NCBI GenBank assembly: GCA_963705305.1
Contig: OY970067.1
Coordinates: 1,696,001-1,760,000 of the forward strand
Source: an uncultured Methylomirabilota bacterium
Lineage (GTDB): Bacteria; Methylomirabilota; Methylomirabilia; Methylomirabilales; 2-02-FULL-66-22
Length of the DNA stretch: 64,000 nucleotides
Reading direction: 5' to 3'
Position 1 is the stretch's first letter. Each line of letters begins with the position of its first letter. Made by a program: the position numbers and the translations under genes. Positions 40,712 to 50,140 of the stretch are shown one piece after another. The notes beneath the pieces are model-generated. The model did no database searches. It was given only the letters and a program-made list of their open reading frames with translations, and was not told the DNA's origin.

Positions 40712-41662
40712 CTAGCTGCGCGCCCGCCGCACTGCGATCAAGGCTAGGCTCACGCCCATCACGATCCAGAAGAACACCACCAGCATGGCCGAGCTGTACC
40801 CGATATGGAGATACTCGAACGCACTACTGTAGATGTACACATTGAGGGTTTCCGATGCGAAGGCCGGCCCGCCTCGCGTAATAACGAAGATGGTATCGAA
40901 GGTCTTAAGCGCGTCGATGCCCCGGAAAAGGGCCGCGACTACAATATGGGGCCGGATCAAGGGCAAAGTGACATACCGCAAGACTTGCCAGTCCGAAGCC
41001 CCATCGATCAGTGCAGCATCGTACGGCTCCTTCGGGACAGTCGCGAGCCCGGCCATGACGATGAGAATAATCAGGGGCGTCCATTGCCACACGTCCACGA
41101 GCACGAGCGATGCGATGACCGTCCGCCGGTCATATGCCCACAAGCTCGTGGGCAGGTGCAACGAACTGAGCAGATAGTTCAACACCCCGGCCAAGGGATC
41201 GTACATCAGGACCCAGACCAGCGCGATGGCCACCGGAGTCGCCACCATGGGGAGGAGAAAGAGGATACGCGCCAGCCCGCGCCCGACGAAGGTCCGATTG
41301 AGCAGCAGCGCGATCGCAACCCCGAGCACCACCTCTGCCCCGACTGCCAACCCGCTGTACTGGAAAGTCCGGACGACCGCGTTCAGAAATCTCGGATCGT
41401 GGAACATATCCGCGTAGTTCTTAAGCCCAACGAAGTGTGGCGGGGTCACGCTGGAAGCGAACCAGGTATGGAAGCTGAAGTACACAGTGTACGCCAGAGG
41501 GAAAAGCAGCATCAAGGAAAGCACAGTGGTCGCCGGCAGAAGCAGCAGGATGCCCAGATGCCGCTCAACCCAGATCCGCACGAATCCGGCCTCTCGCACC
41601 GGTGGCCTAAGGGCGGTACCCCCGCCCTGTTCGGATAACTCCCGGGACAAGGCGGGGGCCAT
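40712..41662 (-). CDS. Carbohydrate ABC transporter permease (MalF-like)
   Basis: DVWQWTP, EPYDAALIDGAS, TRGGP; start uncertain. Confidence 0.93.
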   Translation of the reverse strand: MAPALSRELSEQGGGTALRPPVREAGFVRIWVERHLGILLLLPATTVLSLMLLFPLAYTVYFSFHTWFASSVTPPHFVGLKNYADMFHDPRFLNAVVRTFQYSGLAVGAEVVLGVAIALLLNRTFVGRGLARILFLLPMVATPVAIALVWVLMYDPLAGVLNYLLSSLHLPTSLWAYDRRTVIASLVLVDVWQWTPLIILIVMAGLATVPKEPYDAALIDGASDWQVLRYVTLPLIRPHIVVAALFRGIDALKTFDTIFVITRGGPAFASETLNVYIYSSAFEYLHIGYSSAMLVVFFWIVMGVSLALIAVRRARS

Positions 41663-41666
41663 AGCC

Positions 41667-42995
41667 TTACTTGCTTGGAACGATCTTTTCACCGCTCTTC
41701 TCGCGGATGCTTTGGATTTGCGCCACGGCCTTATCCGCAGCCGCCTTGACGTCGCCCCCCTCGATAGCGGTCACTACCACGGCTCCAATCACGTCCCGCA
41801 TTTCACCCCCGGCTATCCACGGAGATCCCCATGAGGGGGTGTCTTTGAGCTTGATCGACTCGACAATCGCCTTGGTGAAATCGGGGTGCTGGTCGCCTTT
41901 CTTGAACGCTTCGGAGACCCAGGGCGAGATGCGCGCAGTGGGGATGCCATGCAGCTGCGCCTTGAGGGAGTTCTCTTTTCCAGTCGCCCAGGCGATGAAA
42001 TACCAAGCGGCCTCCTTGTGCTTCGACTTGGAGTAAATCGACAGATACCAGCTTCCCCCGGCCGGTTTCCGGCCTCCCGGACCTTCCGGAAAGACCGCGA
42101 AGCTTATCTTGTCGGCCACCTGTGAGGTCTTCACATCGAAGAGCGCACTCGCCTGCACGGTGGAATCCACCCACATGGCGGCCTTGCCGGACTGGACCAG
42201 GTTCTGGCATTGGAACCAGTGGTAGTTCACTACGCCGGGAGGCCCGCATTCGCGAGCCAGTCGGCCATAATATTCGAAAGCCTTCAGGGCCGCTGGGGTG
42301 TTCAGGGCCGGATTGTTGTTCTTGTCTGCCCAACTGCCACCCATCCCGTAAAGGAACCCAGAAAAGATTGTGGTAGTTGCAGCGCCCTTGCCGCGCAAGC
42401 AAATCCCGTAGATTCCCTTGCTTTTGTCCGTTAGCTTCTTGGCGGCCTCTTCCAGTTCCGAAAAAGTATTCGGCGGCTGCAGACCGGCGGCCGCGAAGAG
42501 ATCCTTGCGGTACATAAGGATCTCGAGATCCGTGTACAAGGGGATGCCAATGAGCTCCCCGTTTACTGTGGCGTCATCAATGCCTTTGGCCGAGATGTCG
42601 GACAGGTCGAAATCCGGTGAGCTGTACTGGGGGTCCTTCGCGTACTTGCCAAGGGGCTCGTACCATCCCGCCTGATAATACTTCATGCCCTCCTGATGGC
42701 GCTGCGACCCGAAGACGTCCACGTCCCCTTTGCCCGATGTGAAGGCGATGGCGAGCTTCTGCCGAGTTTGGTCCTCCGGCATGACATTCATGTTGACTTT
42801 GATTCCCGTGAGACTCTCGAATTCTGCAATCTTGGGCTTCAAGAAGTCGGACCACGGCTGGAGTGCCAGTTCCACGTTGATCGTAGTCCCGGCATACCTC
42901 TTCCAGTCAAATGGCTTCTCGCCGGCGACAGCCGTCGCGAGCAGCACGCCCACACAGATTGCGGCCAGAGCGCTCACCATCACTGCCCGTTTCAT
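41667..42995 (-). CDS. Sugar ABC transporter substrate-binding protein
   Basis: Signal peptide, YRKDLF, PPNTFSEL, SGKAAM; AAGGAGG RBS. Confidence 0.92.
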   Translation of the reverse strand: MKRAVMVSALAAICVGVLLATAVAGEKPFDWKRYAGTTINVELALQPWSDFLKPKIAEFESLTGIKVNMNVMPEDQTRQKLAIAFTSGKGDVDVFGSQRHQEGMKYYQAGWYEPLGKYAKDPQYSSPDFDLSDISAKGIDDATVNGELIGIPLYTDLEILMYRKDLFAAAGLQPPNTFSELEEAAKKLTDKSKGIYGICLRGKGAATTTIFSGFLYGMGGSWADKNNNPALNTPAALKAFEYYGRLARECGPPGVVNYHWFQCQNLVQSGKAAMWVDSTVQASALFDVKTSQVADKISFAVFPEGPGGRKPAGGSWYLSIYSKSKHKEAAWYFIAWATGKENSLKAQLHGIPTARISPWVSEAFKKGDQHPDFTKAIVESIKLKDTPSWGSPWIAGGEMRDVIGAVVVTAIEGGDVKAAADKAVAQIQSIREKSGEKIVPSK

Positions 42996-43045
42996 GGAGG
43001 CCTCCTTTGAGATGCCCGGACCGGAGCCGGCCGGGCGACGCCACC

Positions 43046-43627
43046 CTAGCGCGCCGGCTGCTGCTGACCCGCTTGCGCGTGCAGCAGTCGGACCCATTCC
43101 TTCGTGTAAAGCCCGTGGAAATGCCAGGTCCGCCCGCTGATCAGATTCCCGTCGAAGCAGACCGGCTCATCCACATAGGTCCCGCCGCAGACTTCCAGGT
43201 CGAACCGACACTTGGGCACGCAGGTCATCCGGCGTCCCTTGACGCACCCGGCCCGGGCGGGGATCTCGACGCCATGGCAGACGCTGGCAATCGGCTTGTT
43301 CAGATCGAAGAAGTGCCGGGTAATGCGGATCAAGTCTGGATCATCGCGGATGTACTCCGGAGCCCGGCCGCCGCTGAAGAAGATGCCGATGTACTGCTCC
43401 GGCTGCACATCCCGAAACGCAAGGTCGGCGTCGAGGGTATAGCCCTCCCATTCCCGCGTGATGTCCCAGCCCGGCTTTACTTCGTGCATGACCATGTTGT
43501 AGCGCCGCTTCTCCGGGCCGGCGACCACCGGCTGAAAGCCTTCCTCCTGGACCCGGAGATAGGGATATAGGGTGTCCACCGTCTCGGTCGCGTCGCCGAT
43601 GATGATGAGCACCTTGGGTTGTGCCAT
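43046..43627 (-). CDS. DJ-1/PfpI family protein
   Basis: GDATE, GGRAPEYIR, SVCHG nucleophile elbow. Confidence 0.9.
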   Translation of the reverse strand: MAQPKVLIIIGDATETVDTLYPYLRVQEEGFQPVVAGPEKRRYNMVMHEVKPGWDITREWEGYTLDADLAFRDVQPEQYIGIFFSGGRAPEYIRDDPDLIRITRHFFDLNKPIASVCHGVEIPARAGCVKGRRMTCVPKCRFDLEVCGGTYVDEPVCFDGNLISGRTWHFHGLYTKEWVRLLHAQAGQQQPAR

Positions 43628-43661
43628 GCGGACCTCCTCGAACCGATTCCGGCTGGTTTGC

Positions 43662-44504
43662 CTAGTCCCGCACTCCGATCTTCTTGAGATACGCCAGGCC
43701 TCGGACCACTTCCGCCTCACACGCCTCGAAGGTCGGCAGGTAGAGCAAGCGCGGAGAAATCCAAAAGAATTCGAAGGACAAGAACCCCGTATATCGAATA
43801 TTGCGCAGGGCTTGCAGGATGGGAGGAAAGTTAATGTGCCCCTCTCCCGGCGCGAGACGGTGACTGTCCGGAAGATGCAAGTGCGCAAGCCGCGGACCCG
43901 CCTTCTCAATGGCGGCGGGCAGCGAGCCTTCTTCGATATTCATGTGGAAGGTGTCCCCAACGACTTTCAGGATCGGGGAATTGACGCGCTCTACGTACCC
44001 AGAGCATTCCGCCAGGGTATGGCCCAGGCTGGTCTCATAGCGGTTCAGGGCCTCGAAGCCCATTGTTACGCCGAGGGATTCGGACCGCCGCGCCGCCTGC
44101 CCGAACACGCCGAGGACCCGATCCAATCCCACCGTGCGGTCCATACCCTCGGGGATGGACCGCAGCCCACCACCCCCCACGACCACGACGGGGGCTTCGA
44201 GATCTGCGCTCAGCTCCATGACGGAGACCATGTGGTCCACGACATTTTGGCGCTCGGTCGCTTCCTCGGCCGTCATCTTGAGGCCGCCCGGAAAAATGAA
44301 ATGCAGGGCGCTGATCTGCAGGCCGGTCCCGGCGATGTACTGCTTGATCTCTTTCCGGCGCTGGGGGGAGGTCTCCGACGGGATGGCGTGGTACATCACC
44401 GTGATCTCCACGCCGTCGAACCCGGCGTGCGCCAGCCGGTCCACGACTTGGAACAGATCCGCGCGACCGAAATTCGCGCTGCAAGCACTGACCTTGAATG
44501 GCAT
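43662..44504 (-). CDS. TIM-barrel epimerase (D-tagatose/psicose 3-epimerase-like)
   Basis: EALNRYE, DTFHMNIEE, HLPDSHR, PGEGH, SFE. Confidence 0.9.
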   Translation of the reverse strand: MPFKVSACSANFGRADLFQVVDRLAHAGFDGVEITVMYHAIPSETSPQRRKEIKQYIAGTGLQISALHFIFPGGLKMTAEEATERQNVVDHMVSVMELSADLEAPVVVVGGGGLRSIPEGMDRTVGLDRVLGVFGQAARRSESLGVTMGFEALNRYETSLGHTLAECSGYVERVNSPILKVVGDTFHMNIEEGSLPAAIEKAGPRLAHLHLPDSHRLAPGEGHINFPPILQALRNIRYTGFLSFEFFWISPRLLYLPTFEACEAEVVRGLAYLKKIGVRD

Positions 44505-44530
44505 GGTATTCTCCCTGAGTGAGTTGGCGG

Positions 44531-45652
44531 TTAGGCGACGATGTCGGACCGGCTGATGTATCGTCGCCCTTCAATCGAGGCGTGGATCATCCGGGCCAGC
44601 ACCAATGCCTCGATCCCGTCTTCCCCGGTTACCGGAGCATCGCGCTTCTCTCGGATTGCGTCGGCAAACGCTCGAATCTCTCCGACGTATCCGCTGAACT
44701 CTTCATCGAAGAACAGCGTGTGGGGCATGACCGGCGCCCAGGTCTTGGACGGCCCTTCATCGCTATCGTGCAGTGTGACGGAAAAGCCATCTTCCACGAC
44801 CAGCCACTTGCGGTCGCCGAACACTTCGATGCGCTCCCAGGGCTTCAACGACGGCGATGAGGAGTTGAAGTAGAATGCGCCGATTGCCCCAGACGCGAAC
44901 TCGACGTTCACGACGATGTTGTCGTAGGGATAGTTGGGCTCGGCAAACTGGTTGATGCCGAACGCATGGAGACCCGTGATGGTGCCTCCGATCCAGTGGG
45001 CAACGTGCAAGTTATGGCAGGCCTGGCCTTCGAGCAAGATGTGCCGCGACCACCCCTGGCACAATTTGATGGCCATCAGGGCTGGGGTGCCGATCTCCCC
45101 GGCCTGGATCAATTGCTGCGCCACGACATACGGGGGCGAGAAGTGTTTCATGAAACCGGTCGTCACCACCAACTGATTCTTTCGCGCCTCCGCAACGATG
45201 GTTCGCGCTTCGGCGATGCTCTCGGCGAGCCGGGGCACGCCCAGGAACAGGAAGGGCTTTTCCACGAACAGATGCACGCGCCGGGCGACGGCGGCTCGCA
45301 GGGCCTTGAGGCGGCTTTCTCCCGGGTCGGTCAGGACCTCGACGGCATCGAGCTCTTCGCGCTCGAGCATCTCTTCGAAATCGGCATAGCAGCGGAATCC
45401 GTGGAGGGACTGGCATTTGGCGCGGAGCGCATCATTGATCTCCGCCGCGGCGGTGACCTGAATAGGACAGCCGGTTTCCTGCAGTCTGCGGATCGCGGGC
45501 AAGTGCTTTCCCAGCGCCACGCCCCCTAGACCGATCAGCCCGATCCGCACGGGGCGCTGCCCGGGGGCCGGAGTATTTTTGACGTTGTACTTGTCTTTTT
45601 CTGCCCAGACCGACGTGTACCCGTACGGGACTGAACGCCGGAAAGTCTCCAC
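44531..45652 (-). CDS. Gfo/Idh/MocA family oxidoreductase
   Basis: IGLGGVA, VEKP, GFMKHF. Confidence 0.88.
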   Translation of the reverse strand: METFRRSVPYGYTSVWAEKDKYNVKNTPAPGQRPVRIGLIGLGGVALGKHLPAIRRLQETGCPIQVTAAAEINDALRAKCQSLHGFRCYADFEEMLEREELDAVEVLTDPGESRLKALRAAVARRVHLFVEKPFLFLGVPRLAESIAEARTIVAEARKNQLVVTTGFMKHFSPPYVVAQQLIQAGEIGTPALMAIKLCQGWSRHILLEGQACHNLHVAHWIGGTITGLHAFGINQFAEPNYPYDNIVVNVEFASGAIGAFYFNSSSPSLKPWERIEVFGDRKWLVVEDGFSVTLHDSDEGPSKTWAPVMPHTLFFDEEFSGYVGEIRAFADAIREKRDAPVTGEDGIEALVLARMIHASIEGRRYISRSDIVA

Positions 45653-45732
45653 TGTCTTTTCTCCTTGCGCATCGGGTTATCGCGCTGTCTATGTTGTCGC
45701 TAGTTAGCCCGCGAAGTTTCGAAGAGCGATCC

Positions 45733-47001
45733 TCAGGTCTTCCCTCCGTTTCGGACCAGGATGGTTGAAGGCCGTTCGTGCGTGATAGCGCTGGCGGCCA
45801 AGGTCTCTTCGATTGCCATCATCGAACAGCCTATCACCCCGGCCCGGTTGCCAAGTGCCGATGTCACAATGGACAGGGTTTGGGTGGATAACGACAGGGA
45901 CCGACGGTACACGGTCTCGCGGATCGTGGCCAGCAGTAGGTGTCCGACGCGTGAGACACCGCCACCGATGACAATGAGCGATGGGTTATAGAAATTCACT
46001 AAACCGGCGAGAACTTGGCCGATGAGCCGCCCGGAGTGCCTGATGATGTCGATTGCCGATTGATCGCCTTCTGCCGCCGCCCGCCCGACGTCAACCGCCG
46101 TCAAATGCCCTTGAGAGGCGAGCAGATCAGCGAGTCCCGGACTGCGGCCCTCTTGCGCGGCGGCCACCGCTTGTCGCACGATGGCCGGTGCGGCGGCTAT
46201 CGCTTCGAGGCAGCCAATGTTGCCGCAATTGCACCGGGGCCCAGAACTGTCGGCCATAATGTGGCCCACATCCCCCGCGCAGCCCTGGGCGCCCCGGTAA
46301 ATGTGTCCGTTGCAGATGAGTCCGGCGCCGATTCCGGTCGCGACCTTTATGAAAAAGAAGTTGCTCGCGCCTTGGCCGGTCCCCGCCCATTGCTCGCCCA
46401 GGGCCATAACATTCACATCGTTGTCCACGAAGACGGGGCACGTGAAATCCTTCCGGAAGAAATCTGAGATCTGGCACCCGTCCCACCCAGGCATAATCGG
46501 CGGTGAAATGGGACGCCCGGTCAGGAACTCCACCGGACCGGGCACACCGACGCCGATGCCGAGAATGCTCTCATTTCGGATTTCTTGCTGGTGCAGCAAT
46601 TCGCGAACGATGGGCAACGCGACTGCAAATGCAGTATCTGGCCCCACCCTTATGTCGAGGAGCTCCTCGCGCATGGCCAGGATCTCGCCCGCCACGTTGC
46701 TGATACCCACCCGGAAAACCGTCGCGCCAAAGTCCAAGCCCAGCACATATCGTGCGTTCTTATTGAACGAGAACAACATCGAAGGGCGTCCACCGGTGGA
46801 GTCGCCTGCCCCGTTCGGCGTGATCCAGTTTTGCTGCTGAAGTGCGAGAAGTACCTGATTAACGCGGCTCCGACTTAACCCTGTCGCGTCAACGAGGTCG
46901 GCACGTGAAAAACAAGGGCGTTGCCGAAGCAACTGGATCACTCGTAATTCCAATTGATCCAACGGAATCGGATTGGGGAAGTTTGCAGCGTCGTCACCCA
47001 T
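45733..47001 (-). CDS. ROK-family transcriptional regulator (XylR/NagC-like)
   Basis: SRADLVDATGLS HTH, TGGRP, DNDVN, GDVGH...CNCGNIGCLE zinc motif. Confidence 0.93.
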   Translation of the reverse strand: MGDDAANFPNPIPLDQLELRVIQLLRQRPCFSRADLVDATGLSRSRVNQVLLALQQQNWITPNGAGDSTGGRPSMLFSFNKNARYVLGLDFGATVFRVGISNVAGEILAMREELLDIRVGPDTAFAVALPIVRELLHQQEIRNESILGIGVGVPGPVEFLTGRPISPPIMPGWDGCQISDFFRKDFTCPVFVDNDVNVMALGEQWAGTGQGASNFFFIKVATGIGAGLICNGHIYRGAQGCAGDVGHIMADSSGPRCNCGNIGCLEAIAAAPAIVRQAVAAAQEGRSPGLADLLASQGHLTAVDVGRAAAEGDQSAIDIIRHSGRLIGQVLAGLVNFYNPSLIVIGGGVSRVGHLLLATIRETVYRRSLSLSTQTLSIVTSALGNRAGVIGCSMMAIEETLAASAITHERPSTILVRNGGKT

Positions 47002-47008
47002 GTGTACC

Positions 47009-47084
47009 AAAATAGCAAAAGTCTTCAAGTTGTCAATGACTTTTATCATATATGATGTCACTTTAGATTATAATAAACAAAAGT
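47009..47084 (-). promoter_or_regulatory. Promoter and palindromic operators of the ROK gene
   Basis: TTGACA-16 nt-TATTTT ending 7 nt before ATG; AAAAGTC-N14-GACTTTT (47017-47044); ACTTT-N15-AAAGT (47060-47084). Confidence 0.6.
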
Positions 47085-47630
47085 TCGCAAATCTGTTTCG
47101 GCCACACGGGTGCTGAATTCGCACTCCGAGCGGTCCCCCGGGTTTATTTGAGTCCTTTGAGAGATTCTGCCGTTTGAGACCAGCGGTGGGCGCCGTATCT
47201 ATAGCTGGTCAACTGGAACTTTTTGCCGCGGGCGGGCTCGGAATGAAGTTGAATGCGGGTTGTATGTGCTTTGTTTGCTTGGCTCCGCCCATTTTATTAG
47301 GGGTCGGTGCCGGAGGAACGGCTCGCACCCTCTGGTCCGCCGTTCGGATCCTCGCGCTTTGCGAAGGACTGAACGACTCTGGCGGCCGACACCCCCGCCT
47401 CGCTGTCCACCGGCGGTCCGGCAGATGTACCTTCACCCGCGGCGTCTGCCTGCGCAGCCTGCTCCTCCCCGACTTGATCACGATTTTCCCCATACCTCTC
47501 ATATAGCCGCTCCAGCTTGGGCTTCTCAGACACCGGGATCACGAACACCCCGTGGCTCTTCTGGGTCCTGAGCTGGAGCTTCTTCCGGATGATCCCGCTG
47601 TGGGGCCAACCTAATTGTGAGCGATTTCTT

Positions 47631-47703
47631 TGAGGGAAATGGGTCACACTCCTTTCGGGTCCCCCGGGGAACCTCGGCTCCGGAGTGTCACCCATTTTCC
47701 TCA
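47631..47703. repeat. REP-like long inverted repeat
   Basis: TGAGGGAAATGGGTCACACTCC ... GGAGTGTCACCCATTTTCCTCA (22-bp arms, 2 mismatches). Confidence 0.7.
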
Positions 47704-47714
47704 CGGACTTTTGC

Positions 47715-48323
47715 TCATGATCTGGTCGTTAGCCCAAGGTTATTCTGAGGCGAGTGTGGCACCAGACGCTCGGTAGAGTTCACTCTGAAGCCGGGCTGGA
47801 TCCGCCACTCCCCACCCTGCCAGACGGCAAAGGCCGACCAGTTCTCCTGGGGCCGGCAGACCGTCTCAAGGATGGTTCCATCGGGGAGGATGGCCGACAC
47901 CGTGAACACGTTATTGCGGATTTTATTCAGCAGCTCGGCGACCGCGCGAACCAGCTCGTCTGACGCCATCGGCACGTTCGAGGTGTAGTGCTGAGCAAGG
48001 CTCCTAAACAATGGCCGAAGGTCCCGGCTGGCATCGACAATCGGATTCCCATAAACTTGTCCATGCCGCCCGGCCAGTTCCTTCATTTCGCGCTCGTGCC
48101 CGGCGAGAACCCCCAAGACCAAATCTCGATTCGCCGAGAAGTAGTCAATGACGCGCAGCCGATCTGTATCCCCCCCCACAGAATCTCCGTAATGATCCCG
48201 CAATCGTTGCGCGGCGATGACCAGGGCAATCCATCGCGCTAAGAATCGATCGAACAGATCCTCTTCTTGCCGGCCCCTCGCCAACCACTTACGAATGAAG
48301 GCTACCCGCCGGTCCTGGACCAT
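47715..48323 (-). pseudogene. HEPN-like protein truncated at its R-x4-H motif and fused to an unrelated fragment
   Basis: FDRFLARWIAL and LNKIRNNVF(T) where H is expected, then an abrupt change to SAILPDGTILETV... Confidence 0.5.
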
Positions 48324-48763
48324 GCGCGGAGCTCCTCGGCGTACTTGGAGGGAAAGCCGCTGCTCACCGCGGTGGCAATGATGGCTTCCAGGTAGCCCGG
48401 TCTCGCCGCCCTGCCGATACGCGCGTCAGTCGCCACGTAGACCACTGCTTCACACTCGCGGCCTTGACCAGCCTGTACCCTCAGATTTGCCTTCTTGTAG
48501 AGGCCAGCCTTCACCCCCTCGTATCCATCGAGAGATCGCTCGTCGCTGGCCGAGATCCGCCACAGGATTCCGTTCACGACTCCTGAGTCCTCCGGAACGA
48601 CCGTGGCGACACCGCGTGGATTGATCCTGAATCGCCATCCGGCGAGGACGCCGTTCGCCAGTCGCATCGCCTCCGGGCAGCGTCGCCGCATCTGAGCGGC
48701 ATCCATGTTCGATCCGTACGCAAAATACATCCTGCCTGAAGTGGATTCGTGCTCGGACATCAT
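48302..48763 (-). CDS. Gamma-glutamylcyclotransferase (AIG2-like) family protein
   Basis: YFAYGSNM...MRRRCP, LDGYEG; GGAGGA RBS. Confidence 0.88.
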   Translation of the reverse strand: MMSEHESTSGRMYFAYGSNMDAAQMRRRCPEAMRLANGVLAGWRFRINPRGVATVVPEDSGVVNGILWRISASDERSLDGYEGVKAGLYKKANLRVQAGQGRECEAVVYVATDARIGRAARPGYLEAIIATAVSSGFPSKYAEELRAWSRTGG

Positions 48764-48894
48764 CGTGTCCTCCAGCCCCACTGCCGTCTTCCGGCGATGC
48801 GAAATGTCTCGGCATCCCGCTCCTGTCCACGATGTCAGCGCGTGTGAAGACAGGCTGGCCTCCGACGCTCACGGGCACGTTTTCGGGCACGTTT

Positions 48895-48932
48895 TGGAAA
48901 AAAGATCAGGGGGCCCTTTCGGGACCCCCTGG
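48895..48932 (-). terminator. Rho-independent terminator after tRNA-Val
   Basis: Minus strand CAGGGGGTCCC-GAAA-GGGCCCCCTG then ATCTTTTTT. Confidence 0.75.
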
Positions 48933-48941
48933 TTTCATTCG

Positions 48942-49013
48942 TGGGCGAAGGTGGTTTCGAACCACCGACCCCCTGCTTGTAAGGCAGGTGCTCTCCCCCT
49001 GAGCTATTCGCCC
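48942..49013 (-). tRNA. trnV: tRNA-Val(TAC), CCA not encoded
   Basis: GGGCGAATAGCTCAGGGGGAGAGCACCTGCCTTACAAGCAGGGGGTCGGTGGTTCGAAACCACCTTCGCCCA: 7-bp acceptor stem, TAC anticodon, TTCGAA T-loop. Confidence 0.96.
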
Positions 49014-49277
49014 TCGTGGCCTGGATTGTCGACGTATGGGCGCCGCGCGTCAACAGGATTCTGGCGCGGGCGGCCTTGCCTCCATCCGGTATCCTGCTCG
49101 TGTCCGACTTCCTGCACCCCCTCCTTCCGCATTTGACAGGTCCGCGACCGTTCGTTAGCGTGGCATCCGCGGTGGGGATGGCCGCACGCCACGCGGATCC
49201 ATCAGGGACGGCGACCGCGTTCATCCTCTCGATCCGAGGCCGCGACGCCCTGCGTCTCCGAGAAAGGAACCGCATCA

Positions 49278-49532
49278 GTGACCCACCCCAGGTGCTTCTA
49301 CACCTGCCTGCCGTGCCGGGACGAAGACGGCAAGGAGTCGGTGCGTGCCACTCACCGGCTGCTGGTGCGGGAGGTCGGCGAGACCATGGGGCAGGAGGTG
49401 TGGGGCTGCAAGACGCACATCGTGCAGCTGTACACGGCCCTCGTCAGCAAGGGCACCCCCCTCGACGTGATCGTCCACAACATGGAGACGGGCGAGTGCG
49501 TGGTCGAGGCCCATCTGAGGCAAGTGGGATGA
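49278..49532 (+). CDS. Small hypothetical protein with CxxC and CxxH motifs
   Basis: AAGGA RBS; CLPC...GCKTH; GC3-rich codons. Confidence 0.55.
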   Translation: MTHPRCFYTCLPCRDEDGKESVRATHRLLVREVGETMGQEVWGCKTHIVQLYTALVSKGTPLDVIVHNMETGECVVEAHLRQVG

Positions 49533-49708
49533 GGCAGCCGCGCACTCGCCGAGCCGCCCGCCTCCGCGATTCCTGACATCCGAGCGTCGCACAGATGTGT
49601 ATGACCGGCGGACCCGCCATCCAGGTCTTGACGTACGCACCCGGCCATGATATCCAAGCACGTCTTCAGCCGGGACGGGTCGAGAGGAAAAACGAGGAGG
49701 CGGTCCTG

Positions 49709-49861
49709 ATGACGGTCGAGGAAGGTCTGCGGCGAGCCATCGCCGACTTGCAGGCCCTGCGGACGATCAGCAACCTGTCGGTCGCCGCTCATACAAAGGT
49801 TGTCGAGGCCATCAAATTGCTGCGGGAGGCAGAAGAAGAGCAGATGAAGCAGCGCCGGTGA
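49709..49861 (+). CDS. Small helical hypothetical protein
   Basis: GAGGAGG RBS before MTVEEGLRRAIADLQAL. Confidence 0.45.
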   Translation: MTVEEGLRRAIADLQALRTISNLSVAAHTKVVEAIKLLREAEEEQMKQRR

Positions 49862-50056
49862 TGCGAAGCAACCCACATGGCCTGGCGCCCGATCGATTGG
49901 GCCGCCAGGCCGTTTCTATCTGGCGTCCCGTCGGCAGATCCGTACTGGCCCCCGGCCCCGCCCCGTGGACCGGGCCGCGTCGGTCGTCCTGACCCCGCCT
50001 CAGCCACGCCTCACCCAACCCGATCCCTCTCTAACCCTGAACCGCGAAGGGTCTTG

Positions 50057-50140
50057 AATCGCCATGACGCCAAGATCGCCCCTTTTAATTTCGAAATTCG
50101 AACTTCGAAATTCGAATTTTTCCTTGGCGCCTTGGCGGCG
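50057..50140. repeat. Heptamer tandem repeat (TTCGAAN x4) nested in inverted CGCCAAG/CTTGGCG repeats
   Basis: TTCGAAA TTCGAAC TTCGAAA TTCGAAT (50090-50117), flanked by CGCCATGACGCCAAGATCGCC and CCTTGGCGCCTTGGCGGCG. Confidence 0.75.
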
